Part shown: positions 1 to 15,190 of the stretch, piece after piece
Layout: each line of letters begins with the position of its first letter
Numbering within the stretch: the stretch's first letter is position 1
Notes under the pieces: model-generated
Seen by the model: the letters and a program-made list of their open reading frames with translations, nothing else
Database searches by the model: none
What the model was told of the DNA's origin: nothing
Origin: Chrysomallon squamiferum
Taxonomy: Eukaryota; Animalia; Mollusca
Length of the DNA stretch: 64,000 nt
Assembly: GCA_012295275.1 (NCBI GenBank)
Contig: CM022673.1
Span: 3,348,001-3,412,000, forward strand
Direction: 5' to 3'
Position numbers and translations under genes: made by a program

Positions 1-329
1 ATTATTATTATTATTGTTGTTGTTGTTGTTGTTATTATTATTATTATTATATGTATGTGTGTATGTGTATATGTCTGTTGTATTTGTGAGTATGTACATA
101 TGTATGTTTGTATGTTTTTCTAGTTGTGTGTATGTATATAAATATGTATATATGTAATGCATGTTTGTGTGCATGCATGCATGTAATAGTTATTTATATA
201 TGTATATAACATATATATGTCAATATCTCGAAACTTAAAACGTCATAAACAATTAATTCGATCCAACATAAATCACTATGGAAACAGAAACACAAAGAGA
301 AACCCTGGGAAGTCTGAAGGTTCACTTAC

Positions 330-448
330 GCAGTTCTGCCGGCATTGGATTATTTGCCACAAGAAGACTGCAAGCTGTTCCGTCTATGTAAGAACTGTAG
401 TCCACGAACAACCAGTAGTCTCCAGCTTCTTTGAAGTGATACGTGAAG
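330..448 (-). CDS. HGSNAT: HGSNAT-like coding exon 4
   Basis: CAG acceptor, FTYHFKEAGDYWLFVDYSSYIDGTACSLLVANNPMPAEL, GTAAGT donor. Confidence 0.85.
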
Positions 449-3400
449 CTGTTGGTTGGAAACAAAACCAAAATAAAGAAAAGGAAAAACAATTTAGCGA
501 AACGTTTCAGTTTATATAGTTTTATAAGAAAGAAGTCAACGATAATTTTAATTTAATTATTTTTGAATCTCTCGTTGTCTGTTAAGAAATAAAAATAAAA
601 GAAAATTTCTTGCTTCAGGCAGTGATTATTCCATGTTGATCGCCACATAAAAGTAGGATGATTTGAATTTCACCATCTGAGATGTTGTTGAAATGTGATA
701 TTTAGGGGTTTTAATCATAATCTAAAACGGTGGAGTTGAAACTCTTTGGGTGATTTGACATGGAATTTCACTGTAGTATTAGTGATTTCCCTGTAGTAAA
801 TAACACAAACCAAATTATAACGTATACAAAGAGACTATATGGGCAATAATAGGCTTCTATATCATAAAGCCATGCATTATAAATAACTGAAAATAATACT
901 ATTCCCTATGGATAAAACGTAGAAAAAGAGTATGGATTGGCAGAAATGGTCTTCCATAACGTATGGGCTCATAGTGAAAAGACCTGGTAATAAAGTATCC
1001 TCTACGAGAAAGCGTACCAAAAAATGTGAATTTCCTTAAAACATAAATAACTTGCAGTATAAATAACTGATACGATTGTCCTCAATTAGAAAACGAAGCA
1101 AAAAGAGTGTGAAGTGGCATAAATGGGCCCGGGTAGCGCAGAGGCACACTGTAGAGCGGTCTGAAGACAGCGAGGCAGTGCTACCTGCAGATGTCCTCCA
1201 GATTCTGAGTCGGCAGCATTCTGGCGAGCAGTACTCGAGTAGGATGCGTCGTGTTGACGAGTACAGTAGTCGTGTTTGCTTCCCGAAACGAGTGGACTAG
1301 CCACAGGTTGCACTGAAATAAATAAGTAAATAAATAAATAAATAAATAAATAAAAAAATACAATAAAATAAAATAATAAAATAAAATCAATGAATAATAA
1401 AAAAAATATAATAAAATAAAATGAAATGAAAAAATAATGGATTACAATAAAACAAAATGAAACAAAATAGATTAATAAATGAAAGGAAATGAAATAAAAT
1501 AAAATAAATAAATAAATAAATAAATAAGTAAAACAAAACAAAATAAAATAAAATAAAAACAACTCTATGTGCAACGTATAAAATAATAAAAATATTATCC
1601 TGAAACAAACAAGGAAACAAATAATAACTACTGAACATAACAAATACAAAGTATATGGTTTGTCGATATACTAATCATAATTATATAACCATGTATGTAT
1701 TTGTTTGCATATATAAATATGTATCTCTATTTATGTATGAATATTATATATCTTTATACATGTCTCAGTATCTACTAGCATATATATTCATATATGTGTA
1801 TATAGTATTTGTTCATATATGTTTACTATGTGTACATATAGGGCTGCTCATACATGTTTGATCGATTGTTTCTTTATGTTTGGGCGTTTCGGCGCGTGTG
1901 TGTATGTTTACAGCAGTGTTACTGTTTATAATCACGTGTGCAATCAGAGCAAACCTGATTTCATATCAGTCATTTGGTTTAGAAAACACCAAGCTGTATT
2001 ATCACAAAGAAATAAACTGCCTAAATATATTTGTATTATAATGTTTTTACTTTTTTTTAAATTTATTTATTTATTTATTTAATGAACAAGTATAAGATTT
2101 CAGTGACTAGGAGTTTAGATGTCTAAAAACATTATCTTTGGCCCACGTTCATGTATGACATCGGATCTTAAACATCATTCACTACATTAAATGTCACTGT
2201 ACTCAAGATTAGGTCATAATTATTTTCCAGTTTTGCATGGATTAAACAATATCATCTCGTATACGTCTTTAACCAGTCTGCTTTTTAACATCTCCACAAA
2301 CACGCACAAATCTGGTCTGTACTGCTCTGTCTGAAGACTTAGATGTCCAGAATTATAAATACGCCTACACTGCCGGCAGTAAGTGTAATTATATCCTGGT
2401 CAACGACCTTCAACTCGGAACTGAGCGAAGCTGAATAATGACAAGTTTCCTGTTTCTAATTCTTGATGAACTGTCAACGAAAAGGAAAGAGAGGTTTGCT
2501 CAAAGACGACGCGACATTTCTGTTTAATCGGTGGCTCTGTGATATTTGAACAAGCGATAATTGTTACACGCTTTCTGAATTCCAAGCGAAATAAATGAGG
2601 ACTGGAAGCTGTGACAAGTTCGCTGTCTTCTGAGCTCTTTTTTGTGTGTACGTATTTGGATATGTTTGGTTTTTTATTTGTTTATTTTTTTATTATTGAT
2701 TTTTTTTTTTTAAGTTAATGGAAGATTATTTATTTGCTTAATGTAAATATATTTTGTGTTCTTCCAAGATCCGGCTTAAAAAGTTTTTTTTTTTTATTGT
2801 CAAACTTTATTATTAGCAAAAACTGGCTACCAGTGCCAGTATATTTTTGTTAAAATACAAAATCTTATTTAGGTTATGTATTGTGAAAGTAATATATTAA
2901 AGCATGGTCATCTTGTAGAAGTTAACAGTATGTGGGCAATCAGAGAACTGATCACATTGTAATCTTAATGTTCAGTAAGTGATATAACTCGAGCGAGAGG
3001 CGAACCAAGTACTTCACGGCGCTCAAAACGTCAAAGAAGTCGGTGCACGTGACCTTCTGCACTGCACTCCACACAAACAGGACGCGCACTGCTGACAAAC
3101 GTGTTTACGTGCCGCGGATTTTGCGTCGTTTTGTGAAACAATAGATATTCTCTGCTCTTATACAACAGGTGCGCTTTTATTGGGGTTTTTTTTTTTTTTT
3201 TTTTCATTCCATACGGAAAAGAACCCAAAGTATTGTACTTGGTTCCAAGCTGAGTTTAAAAGAGTAAACGAGAAAGACAAGCAATATATCTTCTTTTTTC
3301 TTTCTTTTTGAACGATACACAGGTCAAATCGGTATACCTGAGGACATTATCTAGTTTTGTTTTACACTCATCTTCTGATGTAATGAAAAAAAGTGAAAAA

Positions 3401-3655
3401 AAAAAAGAAATAAGTAAAAAGAAAAAATAGAAAGAAAAAGTAAAAAGAAAGAAAGATAACTGAAAAAATAAAGAGGATGAACAAAGTGATAAAGAACTCT
3501 GAAAGAGAGTGAAAGAAAGGAAAAACGAATTTTAAAAAAAAAAGAGAAGAAAAAGTGTTGTATGATACGATTCAGTAAGTATTAGTATACTTTGGCACTG
3601 ATATTTCCAAAACCGGCCATAAAATTAATATATAAATACATATACATATATACAT

Positions 3656-3723
<68 letters not shown>

Positions 3724-6700
3724 TGTTAAGCCCAGTTGATAATTCTTCAATAAACAAAGAAGTATTGTGTAAAAAAAACAAAACAATATCGTTACCGCAG
3801 ATAGGGTTACTTTAAAATCAGTATTCGTAAACTTTCACACAAAAGCCACTGAGAAGGGATTTAACATAAAACTTGTTTTGTGTTCAATATTTGTTTTCTA
3901 TTAAAGCGAAATTAGAACAATTTCGTTTTTGAAACGCCGAAACTACGAAAACAAACAAAAGTTCACGAAGAAGCTTTTCTAAAGATGAATAAAGTCGGTT
4001 TAGGAATTCTGTTGTGACAAAATCTTTTTTTGTGTGTTTGAAAGATTTGAAAGATTTGTCTTCATCTGTCCTAGGCCACATGTTACATAAAAACTCCGTT
4101 ATGAACAATATTATAATATTGATTAACATAATGCTATTTAAATAATTCCATTGCATTATAGGCGTCTATCGTTGTTATTAAAATAAGCTTTATTTATTAA
4201 ATGAAAATCATTTAACACTACAAAAGCTTAGGATTTGGTATAAAAGGACATTAGCAGTAAAATGAATTTTGTTGTTATTTTTCTTTATTTTATTTGTTTG
4301 TTATTATTATTATTATTATTATTTTTATATCTTGTATAACGTAACTTTGTACAGACTAAAGGATTTGCAAAGATGTATATAAATTATAATATTTATTAAG
4401 AACATAATTTATATATTTGCCTTTACTAAACTTAACGTTAATTTTGAAAGTGAGCAGTTTTGTGTTGCCACGTATTTTGACGTATGTTTTGTTTGCTTCT
4501 TTTCTTCACCTTTGATCTGTGCAAACATTCCACATTTATATCTTTCAACAAAGTTAAAAGTATTATGTAACACTTTCAATATTAAACACCAAATAAAGTG
4601 TTATCTATCACTTTAAATATTAAATACCATTCTTTACAGGGAGTTGGCAGGCAAGACATTTTGTTTATACACACTACAAGATATACCAAAGCCCAAAAGA
4701 AACTTTACCAAAAACTATAAATCATTCCGGTTGAAAAGCAACACAAAATATATGCATGAAGTCGAATGCATTCAAAAACTCGACATTGCATGGTAACAAA
4801 CCCCAAAACTGACAACCACACAACATCCGAAAACAGTGTCAGGCTTGACTAAAAACCAAACGTTCACCTCAAGTACAACAAATACAGCAAATGGAGAAAA
4901 AAACTCCAGAAATCCCTCACCATTCAACAGAAATCCCTCCAGCACACCCACGATCAAATTAAAAAAGAACAGCCGCAATTTGTTCTCGTTTGCAGTTTTC
5001 CATCAGAACGGGCTTTCGTTAGACTACCCTTTCGAAGACACGTTACTGCCAATGTTGTAAATTCAAAGCCCATCTCAGTCTCAGATGATGATTTTGACCT
5101 GTGCGTGACATGAAAGCTTTTACTACCTGAGTCCTGAGTCGCCTGGTCTCTGTATATTGTCCTGTGTATGGAATTCGCTGCTGATGACGTCACTGTATGG
5201 AAGTGAATTAGTAGCTGCAAGGAACACGAATATCGGTTTTTTACTGGACATTGTTTCTCTGGATCTACCTTTTATTGGCCTGACTGATGTCTGCTTGTCT
5301 GCATGTAACATTTCATCAAGTTGGTTACAGCAACCGAAATCACGGACAGCTTCCATCTATACTATACCAATTCTTGTGATTCCTGTGGTGAATTCGTTTT
5401 TGTCACGGAGGATATGTGACATGCCCACTAAATCGTTTTTATACTCTACATGCACGTGCAACTACGGTTGTTCGCTTTTTCAGGTTTTCTGAAAATTCAA
5501 CTTTTGAGTGGTAAATTTATTTTGGCTGTGGGTATATACTTATTTATTCTGTTCTTATGTGTAAGGTCAAAGTCACTTGTTTTACTCACAAATAATATGT
5601 TTATACGAGGGTAACTGATAAAAAAATGTTTACTAGCAGATAACAGTGTCACTAGAAAAAATAATGTTTCAAAAAGGACGTTGATATACTTGATAGTGTC
5701 ACAGGATCATGGTTCATAGATAGCAGTCTCCTTAGACCCTGTTGATATAAACTCTCAACACTTAAAACAGTGCGAATTTATACCTAGATATATGTATTGC
5801 ATGCGTTTCAAGACAAAATAATATATTGTAGATTTATTTAAGATTTAGTAAATCTGGCCAGTAACTTAGTTGTTGATGTTGAAAGCAAACTTGGTGGATA
5901 TTACAGGCACGTGAAAATCCCCTTAGCCTGATGAATGTCAGGTATGCAGACAGAAATAAAAAAAAAATAAAATAAAATAAAAAAGGGAAAGAGAAGACAG
6001 TGAGAGAAATAGAGGAGAGAGGTAGATTTTGCACATTTAACAGTATTGGATTATGTTATAGGGCACTATATTGTATAGTACTGTATTGTACTGTACTGCA
6101 CTGCACTCCATTGTATTGTATTGTATTGCATTGCATCGCATTGCTTTGAATTGTGTTGTACTGCACTGCATTGTATTGTATTGCATTGTACTGAGTTGTG
6201 TTGCATTTCACTGGGGTATTGTATTGTATTGTAGTTAGGGTAATATACTGTATTGTGCTGTATTCTTGTATTGTAGTCATTGTACTGCATTTTATGTGTT
6301 GCATTGTACTGCAAGATTGCTCTGATATATTGTACTGTACTTGAGTTGTGTTCTGTTCTTGTATTATATTATATTACATTATATTACATTTGACGCTATC
6401 CTGTTGCATTTCACTGTATTTCACTGTATTTCACTGCACCGCGGCGTAACATATAATTATTCAAGCATATTGCAAATGTAATGCAGCGGAACAAAATATG
6501 CTGGAGAATGTCACTGCGTGGGAGGTTGCAGCATTATTAACCACTGAGTACACCTCTTACTGAAACCAGCCAACTAGAAACTGCTTCGAAAACCCGATAA
6601 AGCAAAACTCACCTCGAAACAGTCGACGCTCTGCGCCCACATCTGAATTCTGAAGTTGACTGTCGAATTAACAGTGAAAAATGCCACATCGTGCTTGAAC

Positions 6701-7763
6701 TCAGGTTTTTCGTCGGCAAATCTTTCATTATACAACTTGATGAAATCTAGTTTTGTGGAATTTGCTGAGAGTTTAGTAGAGACTGTTGTCTGGTTGTTGG
6801 CTCTGCTAAGGCCTGGAAAAAAAAAAAAAAAAAAAAGAAGAATGAATTAATGAAATGATAGATGAATGAATGGATGAATAAATAAGGGAAGGAAGGAAGA
6901 AAAATAAAATGAAAGAACGACATTGTAAAGATAATGAAGACGTTAGCGGCATTACTTTATCCCGACAACATTGCATTAGATATAACTGCATCCACTGCTC
7001 TTTCTTTACAGTTTTTGCAACTACTACAGCAACATAACGACAACAATGTATATACATACGTATGCACATATATATCACCACCACTACTATTACTACTACT
7101 TTTACTCTTATTACTACTAATATTACTAAGACAAAAATTCTTGTTATTACTACTACTACTACTATTATAACTGTTACTACTATGAATAATACTACTACTG
7201 TTACTGCAAATCACAAATTAAAATATACATAAATGTTTTTTATATATCGTTTTTTCTTAATGGAGTTTGTTTTTTCCTTCTTTCTTTTCTTTTGTAGGCA
7301 AGGGACCTTATATACAAAGTACGTAAACTTTATGATGACAATAATTATTTTATTATTAGTATTATTATTACTACTACTACTAGTACTATTAGTACTACTA
7401 TAACTACTATTACCACTACTACTACTACTAATAATAATAATAATAATAATGCTTATAATAATATTTATACATTTAGCAATAATTATTCTTTTATGTAAAT
7501 ATCATAAACATATGCATTTCATGCTTTTTTGTTTTGTCAGTATTGACGAGGAAAATATATTTTACACCACACAATTTCACGAGTATTTATCTCTACACGT
7601 TTCATTTACTAAGGACAAAACGCTGTTTGTTGTTCATGATTATATATATGCTGTTGTTAAACTCTCGATATTTATATTTGTTTGATAAAAAGAATCAATA
7701 GACTTTTGTTTGAATAGCCTTATTTCTTGACCGACATTTAACCTTGTTACTCTCTCTCTCTCT

Positions 7764-7796
<33 letters not shown>

Positions 7797-7945
7797 AAGA
7801 AAGAAAAAGAAAACAAGAACAAAAAGCAACACCAAATTCATATAAAAACCAAAAATACTAGTTAATATATAGAAAAAAGTATATCCACTTGAATTATTAT
7901 TGTTGTTGTTATTATTATTATTATTAGTAGTAGTGGTAGTAGTAA

Positions 7946-7993
<48 letters not shown>

Positions 7994-10900
7994 TAATAAT
8001 AGTAATATTATAACACAAATATTAAGAACAGTTGTAACATATTTATTATATAAAGTACAAATGTACTGCATATTCTATGCAAAAAAATAAAAAATAAAAA
8101 TATATAAAATATTTTAAAAAATTATCGGCGGAAAAAAAAAAAGAAAGAAAGAAAGAAAGAAGAAAAATGTAAAAAGAAGAAAATTAATTTAATCAATACA
8201 ATATCTTGTCTTCTTTACCGGGATAGAAACCTCTTAAACATATTTCAGTTCGATTTTTTTTTTTTTTTTTTTTTTTTTTACGAGATTAAATTCGGTGTCT
8301 CCCTTCTTTTGCTTCTTATGATATTTTTCTTTTCTTCTGTTTTTACATTCTGATGCTTGAAGAGTCTCGTGTACTGTTAATTTCAAGATAAACTGAACTA
8401 GTGCAGACGTCCTGAGAAGTGTTAATTTTCTTCACCCATTTAGTAATTTTAAAAATCGTAACAGTTGTAATAATCGAAATATTAACGACTGAGTAACGTA
8501 GTTTATTATTTATAAAATTAATCGATTATTCAGAGTAATTTCTGCCTACAAAGCTAAAAAGATATAGCACTTAAAACGTTAGTTTTTAATTTTGATATTA
8601 CTTCAGTCAGGGGAAAATATTTTCTATACTTCTATAAAGTATTTTTATGATAAACTGTTCATTGAGTGAGTGTGTGTTTAGTCTTAAAGAACTTGTCTAA
8701 GTGGAATCGAACCCCGTCCTATCCAGTTGAACCCGACTGTTTCATTAAAAACTGTGATCTCTTCTTCCTACGATATTAAACAAATCAACTGTTTTTGGCT
8801 GAAGACTGTTACACAACAAGAGATTTGAGCACCAAAAGCAAAACGATAGAAAATTAAGCAATGAGCTTTAATGGTGTGACAAACTTGTTTTAATCTATAA
8901 GCTATCTTAGCATGAGATCTAAAAATTAAACTAATACAATTCAAACAGAGCGAAATAAAGATGTTTTATATTAAAAAGCTATATTCATGTTTAAAGTATT
9001 TTAATGAAACTGTATGAATCTTTTATGTACATTATTAAAAGACTATGTATCTTGTGTGCACTTTATTAAAAAAGTATGAATCTTGTATGTACATTTCTAA
9101 TACACTATGTATCTTGAATGTATGTTATTAAAACATTACTTTATTAGAACACTTTGCATCTTGTGTATACTTTATTAAAACCGTATGTATCTTGTATATA
9201 CGTTTTAAATACACTGTGTATATTGTATGGAGGTTATTAAAATAATATGTATGTTTATATGTACGTTATTAAAATATTATATGTGTTGTAAGTACGTTAT
9301 TAAAGCACTATGTATTTTGTGTCTACATTTTTTTAACACTGAGTATCTTGTGTGTACGTTATTAAAACACTGAGTGTCTTGTATGTACGTTATTAAAACA
9401 CTGAGTATCTTGTGTGTACGTTATTAAAACACTGAGTATCTTGTGTGTACGTTATTAAAACACTGAGTATCTTGTGTGTACGTTATTAAAACACTGAGTA
9501 TCTTGTGTGTACGTTATTAAAACACTGAGTATCTTGTGTGTACGTTATTAAAACACTGAGTGTCTTGTATGTACGTTATTAAAACACTGAGTATCTTGTG
9601 TGTAATACGTTATTAAAACACTGAGTATCTTGTGTGTACGTTATTAAAACACTGAGTATCTTGTATGTACGTTATTAAAACACTGAGTATCTTGTATGTA
9701 CGTTATTAAAACACTGAGTATCTTGTGTGTACGTTATTAAAAGAGTATGTATGTTGTATATACGTTATTAAAGCAATATTATCTTATATGTACGTTATTA
9801 AAACAATTTGTATCTTGTATGTCCGTTATTAAAACAATTTGTATCTTGTATTTACGTTATTGAAACAGTATATATCTAATGTTATTAAAACCATTTATAT
9901 CTTATATATTTGATATGCTTGGTTTTAAAACAAATATCTATTCGTTATGTATCAGCTAAAACAGTCATAATGTTAGATTCAAAACATTCAGATGTTTTAT
10001 ACGTATTATTTATCCACATTTTACTGAAAGGATCTCGGCAATCATTTATAGCGTATTTGACGAAGGAAATGCTATTCAACATTGAGAGCGGACACACAGA
10101 AGACAAGTCCACAACGAAAAGAAACAGTGACACACTCAGAAACAAACGCTGGCACTCCTGCTATGTTCCACTGTACATATAATGACATGACCTAAGAACA
10201 ATACATTTTGTTACCAAAGCGTAATATTGAACCACAGAATAGTTCGTCGACAGTGTAACTCGGTTCATTTATCGAACTGTTGTCAAACCATCCATCACGT
10301 AATCCATCCATGCATCTATCCATCAGTCCATTAATCCATCTGACTCTCAATCCTTCCGTCCATCCCATTTATCCATCCTTCACCCATCCGTTCATCCATT
10401 CACCCATCCGTCCATTTATAAATTCGTTCATCTTATACACTTTACTTAACCCATAACAAGCTGAAAAAAAGAAAAAAGAAACTGGTTTATCCTTGGAGTA
10501 GTGATAGTAAATCTATGACTCCTACATCAAAGGAGACACGCCGCGGGTTTTAAGATAAAAACATACTGCCTACAATTAAACTACATGATTGTGACACACC
10601 AAAATAAAGGAATATTTTTAATAATTAAAATTTCATTCTTCCCAGCTAAAAAGAAACGTAAAGGTTACTCTAGAGGAATCTATATAAACAGTCTTCTTGC
10701 CAAACATTATCCAACCACTATTTCACCCATTCATCTCAGTGTCATTTGTATTTTACATTCCATGTCACGTACTTAAAGACATTTCAAACCATTACACTCT
10801 GTCTTAAATCTAAAATTAATTAAAAACAACCTCATCTAAACAATCCAGTATCAGTTTCTGCTTACTGTAACCGTGCTTGCAGCTTCTATGAATGTCAAAA

Positions 10901-11166
10901 CGCCTGAGCTAGTGACACAAGTTACAACATATCTGTTATAACCTGGACTAAGTAATATTTCCATTTGCAAATCTTCCTAGTTCTTCTTTTAAATTCCGGA
11001 TCCCAGTAACATGTATACCAGTATCTTTAGATATGGATTAATTATTGCTGATATAAACATATCAAAACAATGATAAATACTGAATTAAATATTTCCTTGC
11101 TCATTCATTCGCTGTTGCTAATATTTTCTCTATTATTTCCTTGGTCAGTTAACAAATTAACCGTAT

Positions 11167-11254
<88 letters not shown>

Positions 11255-11904
11255 AATTTGCAATATTTTTCTCTGTATTTCTGTTATGATTATTATTATT
11301 GTTTTGTTAAATAAATCTCTCTGTTTTCCCTTTTAGTTTGTTTTCAGTTTAATTTTTTAGTATTTTCATTTCATTTACAATGTCGTTTATCTAAGTATTG
11401 TACAAGATAGTTCGATGATTTATTTTTACAAGAATTTTAACTTTGAAGTCCAACATGAACAAACACAAATCGCAGGAAATCCAAACGTCTTCGAATCCAG
11501 AAATGACAGAGTCTTCACTCTGGCCTAAAATAAGACGAAGGTTAAAACCGACTAAGCCAACCACATCCCTAAACCGCCCAAACACCGAACTTCAAAAGAC
11601 TTGACATTAACTGTAACACGGAAAGGTGTTTCACCCACGTCAGCGCTCGACCTACTTCATCGTTTAAAAATGTCATCTACGGTAACAGCGCATATTGTTT
11701 ACTTGTTATTATTGTGTGTTTGTATGTGTGTGTGTATGTGTGTGTATATGTGTGTATGTGTCTGTGTGTGTGTGTGTGAGTGTGTGAGTGTGTGTGTGTG
11801 TGTGTTTGGTATATGTGTTTATTAAAATGACAGAAAATGAATGAATAAAACAATTCAAAATATATATGCATAAAGATTGTCTAATGTTTTTTCTTTCGTT
11901 ATAA

Positions 11905-11972
<68 letters not shown>

Positions 11973-12229
11973 ATTATTATTTTTTTAACTTAATCATTCT
12001 GATTAATGCTTTCATCAGTCAGTACAGCTCCAATAAACGTTCGCCTTTTCTAATTTTGATCACATCCTAACCTATCCGCAGTATCCGATCACACGCACAC
12101 ATCAAATCGCTCAGATGGGGCAGGTATTTCCACATTTGTTCTCAATCTCTTTCAGGTGTCTACAACGCACGACAGTACTTTCTGGAATTGCAAAGTCCTT
12201 CAAAGACCTATTGTTTTATCTTCACATTT

Positions 12230-12263
<34 letters not shown>

Positions 12264-12552
12264 CCGTTCTTCGACGTTTCAGTGTTTTTATCTCCGTAAG
12301 ACGGGACAAACATTCGCGAGTTGTTGCTGTCCAGGAACAACAAGTATTTGAAGATGCTGCGGCCACAGTGGTATGCTATCAAAGCTCCGTGTGTACATGT
12401 TACAGGTAGGACAACAAAATGATGGATTATCTTGTTCTATTCCGGTCGCTGTCACGTTTGCTGTATGCGCCGAGCAAACAATGCAGAGAACGATACTGAA
12501 AAAGTATCTCTGCCATTTAGATATAGATATATGATATACACACGTATATATA

Positions 12553-12601
<49 letters not shown>

Positions 12602-13680
12602 AAAAAAATAATAAAGTAAATATGTGGAATACAAATAGGTTAAGCTATAAGGAATAAGGAAAGAAGGATGTGAAGAAAAAAAAAGTCCAGTATATACACA
12701 TTGACCTGTTTGCTGGTAATATACAGTCTGTTGTCTGTTAATATTTATTTACCTGTTTGTCATTTAATATGTATTTAATAAATCAAATATTTAAATATAT
12801 ATATATATATACTTTGCGTTTTGTATCTTATCTTGTCTAAATATTTTATTTTATTTATTTTTTTTTTTTCCTGCAAGAGATATTTTGTGTACACAGCAGG
12901 TGTACATTATTACTACTACTACTACTACTGTTGCTGTTACTACTGCTACTACTGCTACTACTACAGCCACTACTATTATTATTGTTATTGTTCTTGCTCT
13001 TGTTATTATTACTGTTGTTGTTGTTACTACTACTACCACTAATGTTATTACTACTACTACTACTACTACTACTATTACTGCCACTATTGTTATTATTGAT
13101 ATTATTACTATTGCTGTTGTTGTTGTTACTACTACTACTGCTGCTACTATAGTATGTATGTATTAACGTATGTATATGTCTTTAAACAACATATTCATTA
13201 ATTCATTTATTATTCTGTGTTAAGATTACGAAGGTGAGAAGCAAACACGATTATCACTTAATCAAACAGATTAAAGATAAACGAGAGGGTGTAAACTTTG
13301 AAATTCCATCTCTACGCAGGCGTTCTCTCGTAATCCACGCAACGCTGTCAAGAAAGAAGATATTGTGTGATATAAAAATCACGTTGTCGTGTTGAGGTAT
13401 TTGCTGACGTTGTCGTCCGATCAGCTGCACCGCAGTGACCTCCAGATTAAAATATGTGCTTATACCAGACTGCGCTGTTGTCGGCGTAACAAATATTTGA
13501 AATGTTTGTTTTTTTCAGTGCAGTTTCAGTTTATCCATCAGTTTTAGATCACAATGAAATCACGCAAATAATTAACTAAGAAAAGCATTTTTCTGTCGGT
13601 TTTTTGTGAAAAAATTTCCTTTGTGCATTATTTTTACAGCGATTTAATAAATTTGCGTTTTGAAGTTATAATGGCTTAAA

Positions 13681-13732
<52 letters not shown>

Positions 13733-14704
13733 TTATTTTTTATTCATTATTTTTTAGAGAATGCAATCCCATTAATTTTTTTTACAGCTATTGGTTTATT
13801 GATCTCAAAAGAATTTTTGCAGACATACGTACATACATAATACGTACGTGCACATAAAGATATAAATATTTTTGTACGTAAATGAAAACATGGATATGTG
13901 CATCGCTTTCTATATAAATATAATAATATATACATGTATCTTACATCAGTTCATCCATCTATCGCTCTGATACATATATATAAACAGATATATGCATTCT
14001 TACATATATGTATATGTGTATATGTACATGCATACAATCATGCACACATACACACAGACATGCATATTTACATATATACACAGTATTCAAACATATATAT
14101 ATATATATATGAATTTTGTATACATACAAAAATGCTTATGTCGCAGACACACATACACACACAAGATACACATACACTTAAAAAGATACAAACATACGTA
14201 TAGGCATGTATATAATACATATATGCATATTTACACTAATGCATACACACATACATACATATACACATGCAAACATACATATATGCACGCGTGCATATCG
14301 ACACACATGCACACACATATACACACATATATACATACATATACATATGTACAGGCATACATACATGCATGCAAACATACACACATGCACACATGCTTAT
14401 CAACACACATACATATGTATCTGTGCATAATATTTAGTTATGAGTAACAATATGATATTTAAAAAAAAAGAAATAAAAACGAAAGAACAAAAGAAACACA
14501 ATTCATCTAAAGAATGGATTCACACGGAATAACTCAGTGTAATCAAATGAGTTAACAAGTTACGCCTTCTTGAAATAACGAATATGAAAAAAAAAAGAGA
14601 AGAAATTAACGTTATTATCCAGTTGCTGCAAGTAAGGATCTCTTTTACTCACCCAAACCACACAGCATTAGAAGTACCGTGAAAATGCGTAGCCGAAACT
14701 TCAT
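330..14704 (-). CDS. HGSNAT: Heparan-alpha-glucosaminide N-acetyltransferase (HGSNAT/TMEM76) homolog, 5' part: 4 coding exons, gene continues beyond the left edge
   Basis: Exons 14704-14653, 6812-6613, 1312-1185 and 448-330 join in frame (phases 1,0,2,1) at GT-AG sites. Product: MKFRLRIFTVLLMLCGLGLSRANNQTT...FRIQMWAQSVDCFECNLWLVHSFREANTTTVLVNTTHPTRVLL...EDICSFTYHFKEAGDYWLFV...TACSLLVANNPMPAELP. This matches, from memory, the HGSNAT luminal domain pattern (W-x-S-x-x-C-x-x-C, xCxxxYxFxExGxYxLxV, ACxLxVxxxP...LP) that precedes the first TM helix. Confidence 0.85.
1185..1312 (-). CDS. HGSNAT: HGSNAT-like coding exon 3
   Basis: TTTCAG acceptor, CNLWLVHSFREANTTTVLVNTTHPTRVLL...EDIC, AG|GTAGCA donor (phase 2). 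Confidence 0.85.
6065..6440. repeat. Degenerate pentanucleotide microsatellite (TGTAT/TGCAT/TGTAC)n
   Basis: Visible 5-bp periodicity. It explains the YNTIQ-type spurious ORFs. Confidence 0.85.
6613..6812 (-). CDS. HGSNAT: HGSNAT-like coding exon 2
   Basis: poly-T/CCAG acceptor, GAG|GTGAGT donor, open frame LSRANNQTTVS...MWAQSVDCFE with several N-x-S/T sequons. Confidence 0.85.
8960..9900. repeat. 31-bp minisatellite (TACGTTATTAAAACACTGAGTATCTTGTGTG)n in HGSNAT intron 1
   Basis: attaaaacac recurs at 9361, 9392 and so on. About 13 near-identical core copies (about 9335-9740) with degenerate copies on both sides. Confidence 0.95.
14653..14704 (-). CDS. HGSNAT: HGSNAT-like coding exon 1 (signal peptide MKFRLRIFTVLLMLCGL-G)
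   Basis: ATG at 14704, 52 nt, strong G|GTGAGT donor. Phase 1 matches the next exon. Confidence 0.75.
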
Positions 14705-14769
14705 GTTACGTATTCTGCTAATATCCATTAAAGTAAGTTACACGCAGACAGATTAACTTTGACGCAGGT

Positions 14770-15190
14770 CCTGCACGGCTAGCCTTCGAGCACTTTTTAC
14801 GTCGACGTTGACGGGGGGGGGGAAATGTGAGAGTTGAAATCGAGGCTCAGTCAGATAACACCGCGTTGTTACAAAGACAGTTGGACAGTCTGGCTACGGG
14901 AGCATTTTCTCACGTACAGAACTGTGTGCCGAGTAAACACAGACAAAGAAGGGGGCCATGTTTGTTCGAAGTGGCGAGCTGAGATTGGTGGCGGGTCGAA
15001 ATGCGAGCGGCCCGAGCGAGCGACTGTGCGCCAAACTTCGCCAAGGTCCCCGGCGAGGTCGGGAGAAGTCAGTGAGGCATTTGTAACAAGCGGGTTTTCG
15101 TCTTGCGGGTCTCTGATGACAGCTTGTTCGACAGTATGTGCCAAAGTTTGCACATCTCGACTACAACCCTTGATCCTGGGTCGATAGGCT
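14770..15190 (-). promoter_or_regulatory. CpG/GC-rich putative promoter region of the HGSNAT-like gene
   Basis: Local GC/CpG enrichment just upstream of the ATG at 14704. CCAAT box (attgg 14984-14988) lies next to a GC-box-like ggcggg (14990-14995). Confidence 0.4.

Noticed and set aside
3043-3053. GCACGTGAC, similar to a TFEB/MITF CLEAR element, in a lysosomal gene
   Set aside because: Single imperfect site deep in an intron, expected by chance.
4772-5492. Cluster of overlapping 70-110 aa ORFs in HGSNAT intron 2, possible nested gene or alternative exon
   Set aside because: No recognisable domain, and the candidate donor near 5125 is phase 2, incompatible with the phase-0 acceptor of the next HGSNAT exon.
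9335-9740. Regular repeats of about 30 bp resembling a CRISPR array
   Set aside because: Units are head-to-tail with no unique spacers, there are no cas genes, and the context is a eukaryotic intron.
12821-14447. Many ORFs rich in Y/C/L/T/H
   Set aside because: Translations of (TAC/TAT/TGT)n and (CA/TA)n microsatellites. The same applies to similar ORFs throughout the window.
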